This document shows, in pieces, positions 62,317-64,000 of a stretch of 64,000 bases of DNA (its first letter is position 1; each line of letters begins with the position of its first letter). The notes beneath the pieces are model-generated. The model searched no databases, was not told the DNA's origin, and was given only the letters and a program-made list of their open reading frames with translations. Origin of the DNA: an uncultured Pseudomonadota bacterium (GTDB lineage: Bacteria > Oederibacteriota > Muellerivitia > Muellerivitales > Muellerivitaceae); the NCBI GenBank assembly GCA_963843375.1, contig CAWJKT010000009.1, positions 192,001-256,000 on the forward strand. The letters run 5' to 3'. A program made the translations under genes and the position numbers.

Positions 62317-64000
62317 ATGAAAAGTAATAAAAGAACGATTATCAAAATTATTTCGGGTTTAGTTTTAGCAGTTGGAATTTCTTGGGCTGCTGCTACCCCC
62401 ACTCCAAGTGGCCAAAACCAGGCCGAAATCCTTTGGGATAGTTGGGGCGTTCCCCACATCTATGCCACCAATGACACCAGCCTCTTCAAGGCTTTCGGGT
62501 GGGCTCAAATGCATAATCATTCAAAACTATTGCTCCATGACTATGCCTTGGCCCGGGGCAAGGGGGCCGAATTTTTCGGCCAAGATGATTTGGTTTCCGA
62601 TCGGTCCGTTCGATTGATGGGTCTATATCCAATCGCCCGTCAGTGGTACGCGCAACAAACCCCAAGGTTCCGCGCCGACTTGGATGCCTTTGCCGAAGGT
62701 ATCAACCTCTATGGGCGGAACCCCAAAAACGGTTTGGATGCTGCGTCCCTAAAAGTTTTGCCGGTTGATGGAGTGGATGTCATGGCTCATGCCATTCGGA
62801 TTATTTGGCATTTTCAGAGGGATCTGTCTCACATTAAATCAGGTTTGTCGAACGGAGAGTGGCTGGGCTCCAACGGTTGGGCCATCGCGCCCTCTCATTC
62901 TGCGGATGGTCACGCTATGTTATTAGCCAACCCCCATCTTCCCTGGAATGGGGAAAGAACCCTATTCGAGGCCGAGCTCAATTCCCCGGATTATCAGTGT
63001 TATGGCTCTGCCATAGTCGGAATCCCGATTCTTTCCATTGCGTTCAACGAGTCAATAGGATGGACCCATACGGTTAACACGATCAATCCCTGCTCCTTAT
63101 ACCAGCTTACTCCCGATGGAAAGGGCTATCGTTTTGACGGAAGCCACTTCAATTTTTCAGCCCATGTGGAAAAAATAAAGGTTCTCCAGGCGGATGGTTC
63201 CCTTAAGTCGGAGGATTTACTAGTCCGTAACGCAATCCAGGGCCCAGTGATCGAGGACAAAGGCCAACTCAAGGCCATTCGGGTAGCTGGCCTCCAATGC
63301 GGTTCTTACTCTGGAGCCATGGAACAATGGTGGAAAATGGGACAAGCCCGAAATCTAAGCGAGTTCCAATCCGCTTTGCGTTTAATGCAATTACCCATGT
63401 TCAATACAATTTACGCTGATTCCGATGGAAACATTTTTCTTTTCGACGGGGGATTGGTTCCTAAAAAGGGAAATGGAGATTTCTCCTTTTGGACTCGGCC
63501 TGTTTCGGGGGACACGAAAGAAACGGTTTGGGCGGATTTCATGGATTACGATTCACTGCCAATGGCTTTGAATCCAAAGGCGGGTTGGGTCCAAAACTCC
63601 AACAGCGACCCCTGGTACATGACCCAGCCAATCCTCGACGGCCATCTATATCCGCCCGATATGTCCGACATCCATGGATCTCCAAGTTTTCGTGAACAAA
63701 GGGGTATCCGGATGCTGACGGAAAGCGAAAAAATTTCTTACGATCAACTAATCGCCGATAAGTTCTCCACCCGAAGCGAAATGGCGGACCATCTGGTTGA
63801 CGATTTGGTGACCGCCGCTAAATCCCGTGGCGGGGAAACACTTCTTCGAGCCGCCGATGTTTTACGGAAATGGGACCGGTGTTTTGAAGATGATAGCCGG
63901 GGGGCGGTATTGTTTGAAGCCTGGAAAAATAGGGATTTTGTAAGCGGATGGCCCCTTTCGGTTCCTTTCGATTCAGCCCACTTTTTAGAGACACCACGAG
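62317..64000 (+). CDS. Penicillin/cephalosporin/AHL acylase family Ntn-hydrolase (runs off the window; absent from the ORF track)
   Basis: Signal peptide, WDSWGVPHIYA, in-frame G-SNGWAIAP (nucleophile Ser at 62869), LLANPHLPW and GWTHTVN. Confidence 0.9.
   Translation, partial: MKSNKRTIIKIISGLVLAVGISWAAATPTPSGQNQAEILWDSWGVPHIYATNDTSLFKAFGWAQMHNHSKLLLHDYALARGKGAEFFGQDDLVSDRSVRLMGLYPIARQWYAQQTPRFRADLDAFAEGINLYGRNPKNGLDAASLKVLPVDGVDVMAHAIRIIWHFQRDLSHIKSGLSNGEWLGSNGWAIAPSHSADGHAMLLANPHLPWNGERTLFEAELNSPDYQCYGSAIVGIPILSIAFNESIGWTHTVNTINPCSLYQLTPDGKGYRFDGSHFNFSAHVEKIKVLQADGSLKSEDLLVRNAIQGPVIEDKGQLKAIRVAGLQCGSYSGAMEQWWKMGQARNLSEFQSALRLMQLPMFNTIYADSDGNIFLFDGGLVPKKGNGDFSFWTRPVSGDTKETVWADFMDYDSLPMALNPKAGWVQNSNSDPWYMTQPILDGHLYPPDMSDIHGSPSFREQRGIRMLTESEKISYDQLIADKFSTRSEMADHLVDDLVTAAKSRGGETLLRAADVLRKWDRCFEDDSRGAVLFEAWKNRDFVSGWPLSVPFDSAHFLETPR

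Overview
Bacterial chromosomal window with three zones. (1) 1-16.8 kb is mostly housekeeping: tatD, a CheY-like regulator, trpD-C-F-(TPR)-B-A, accD, folC, envelope-modifying membrane proteins and an ABC ATPase. Many genes between 5 and 20 kb are broken by single-base indels, which look like assembly errors. (2) About 15.5-50.5 kb is a large surface-polysaccharide locus (ugd, rmlD, wecB/wecC, split transketolase, epimerase-GT2 fusion, four methyltransferases, asnB-like amidotransferase, two flippases, heparinase II/III-like protein, many GTs, Wzy/WaaL-like proteins, WcaJ-like initiating transferase). (3) 50.5-64 kb is an accessory array of co-oriented genes: Sel1 protein, two TA systems, AraC plus a GH16-malectin protein, two lipoproteins, SDR and an Ntn acylase. 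Main finding: every module in zone 3 is bounded by one of seven co-oriented 28-bp imperfect palindromes (consensus TGTCCA-N5-GGGA(CC/GG)-N5-TGGACA) whose arms appear shuffled between copies. An ORF-less group II intron sits exactly at the right edge of one site, and its putative EBS1 loop (TGTCCAA) is complementary to the conserved right arm. This looks like an integron-like cassette array built on non-attC sites, with a dedicated intron parasite. No recombinase gene is visible in the window, and all family assignments are by motif recognition without database searches.
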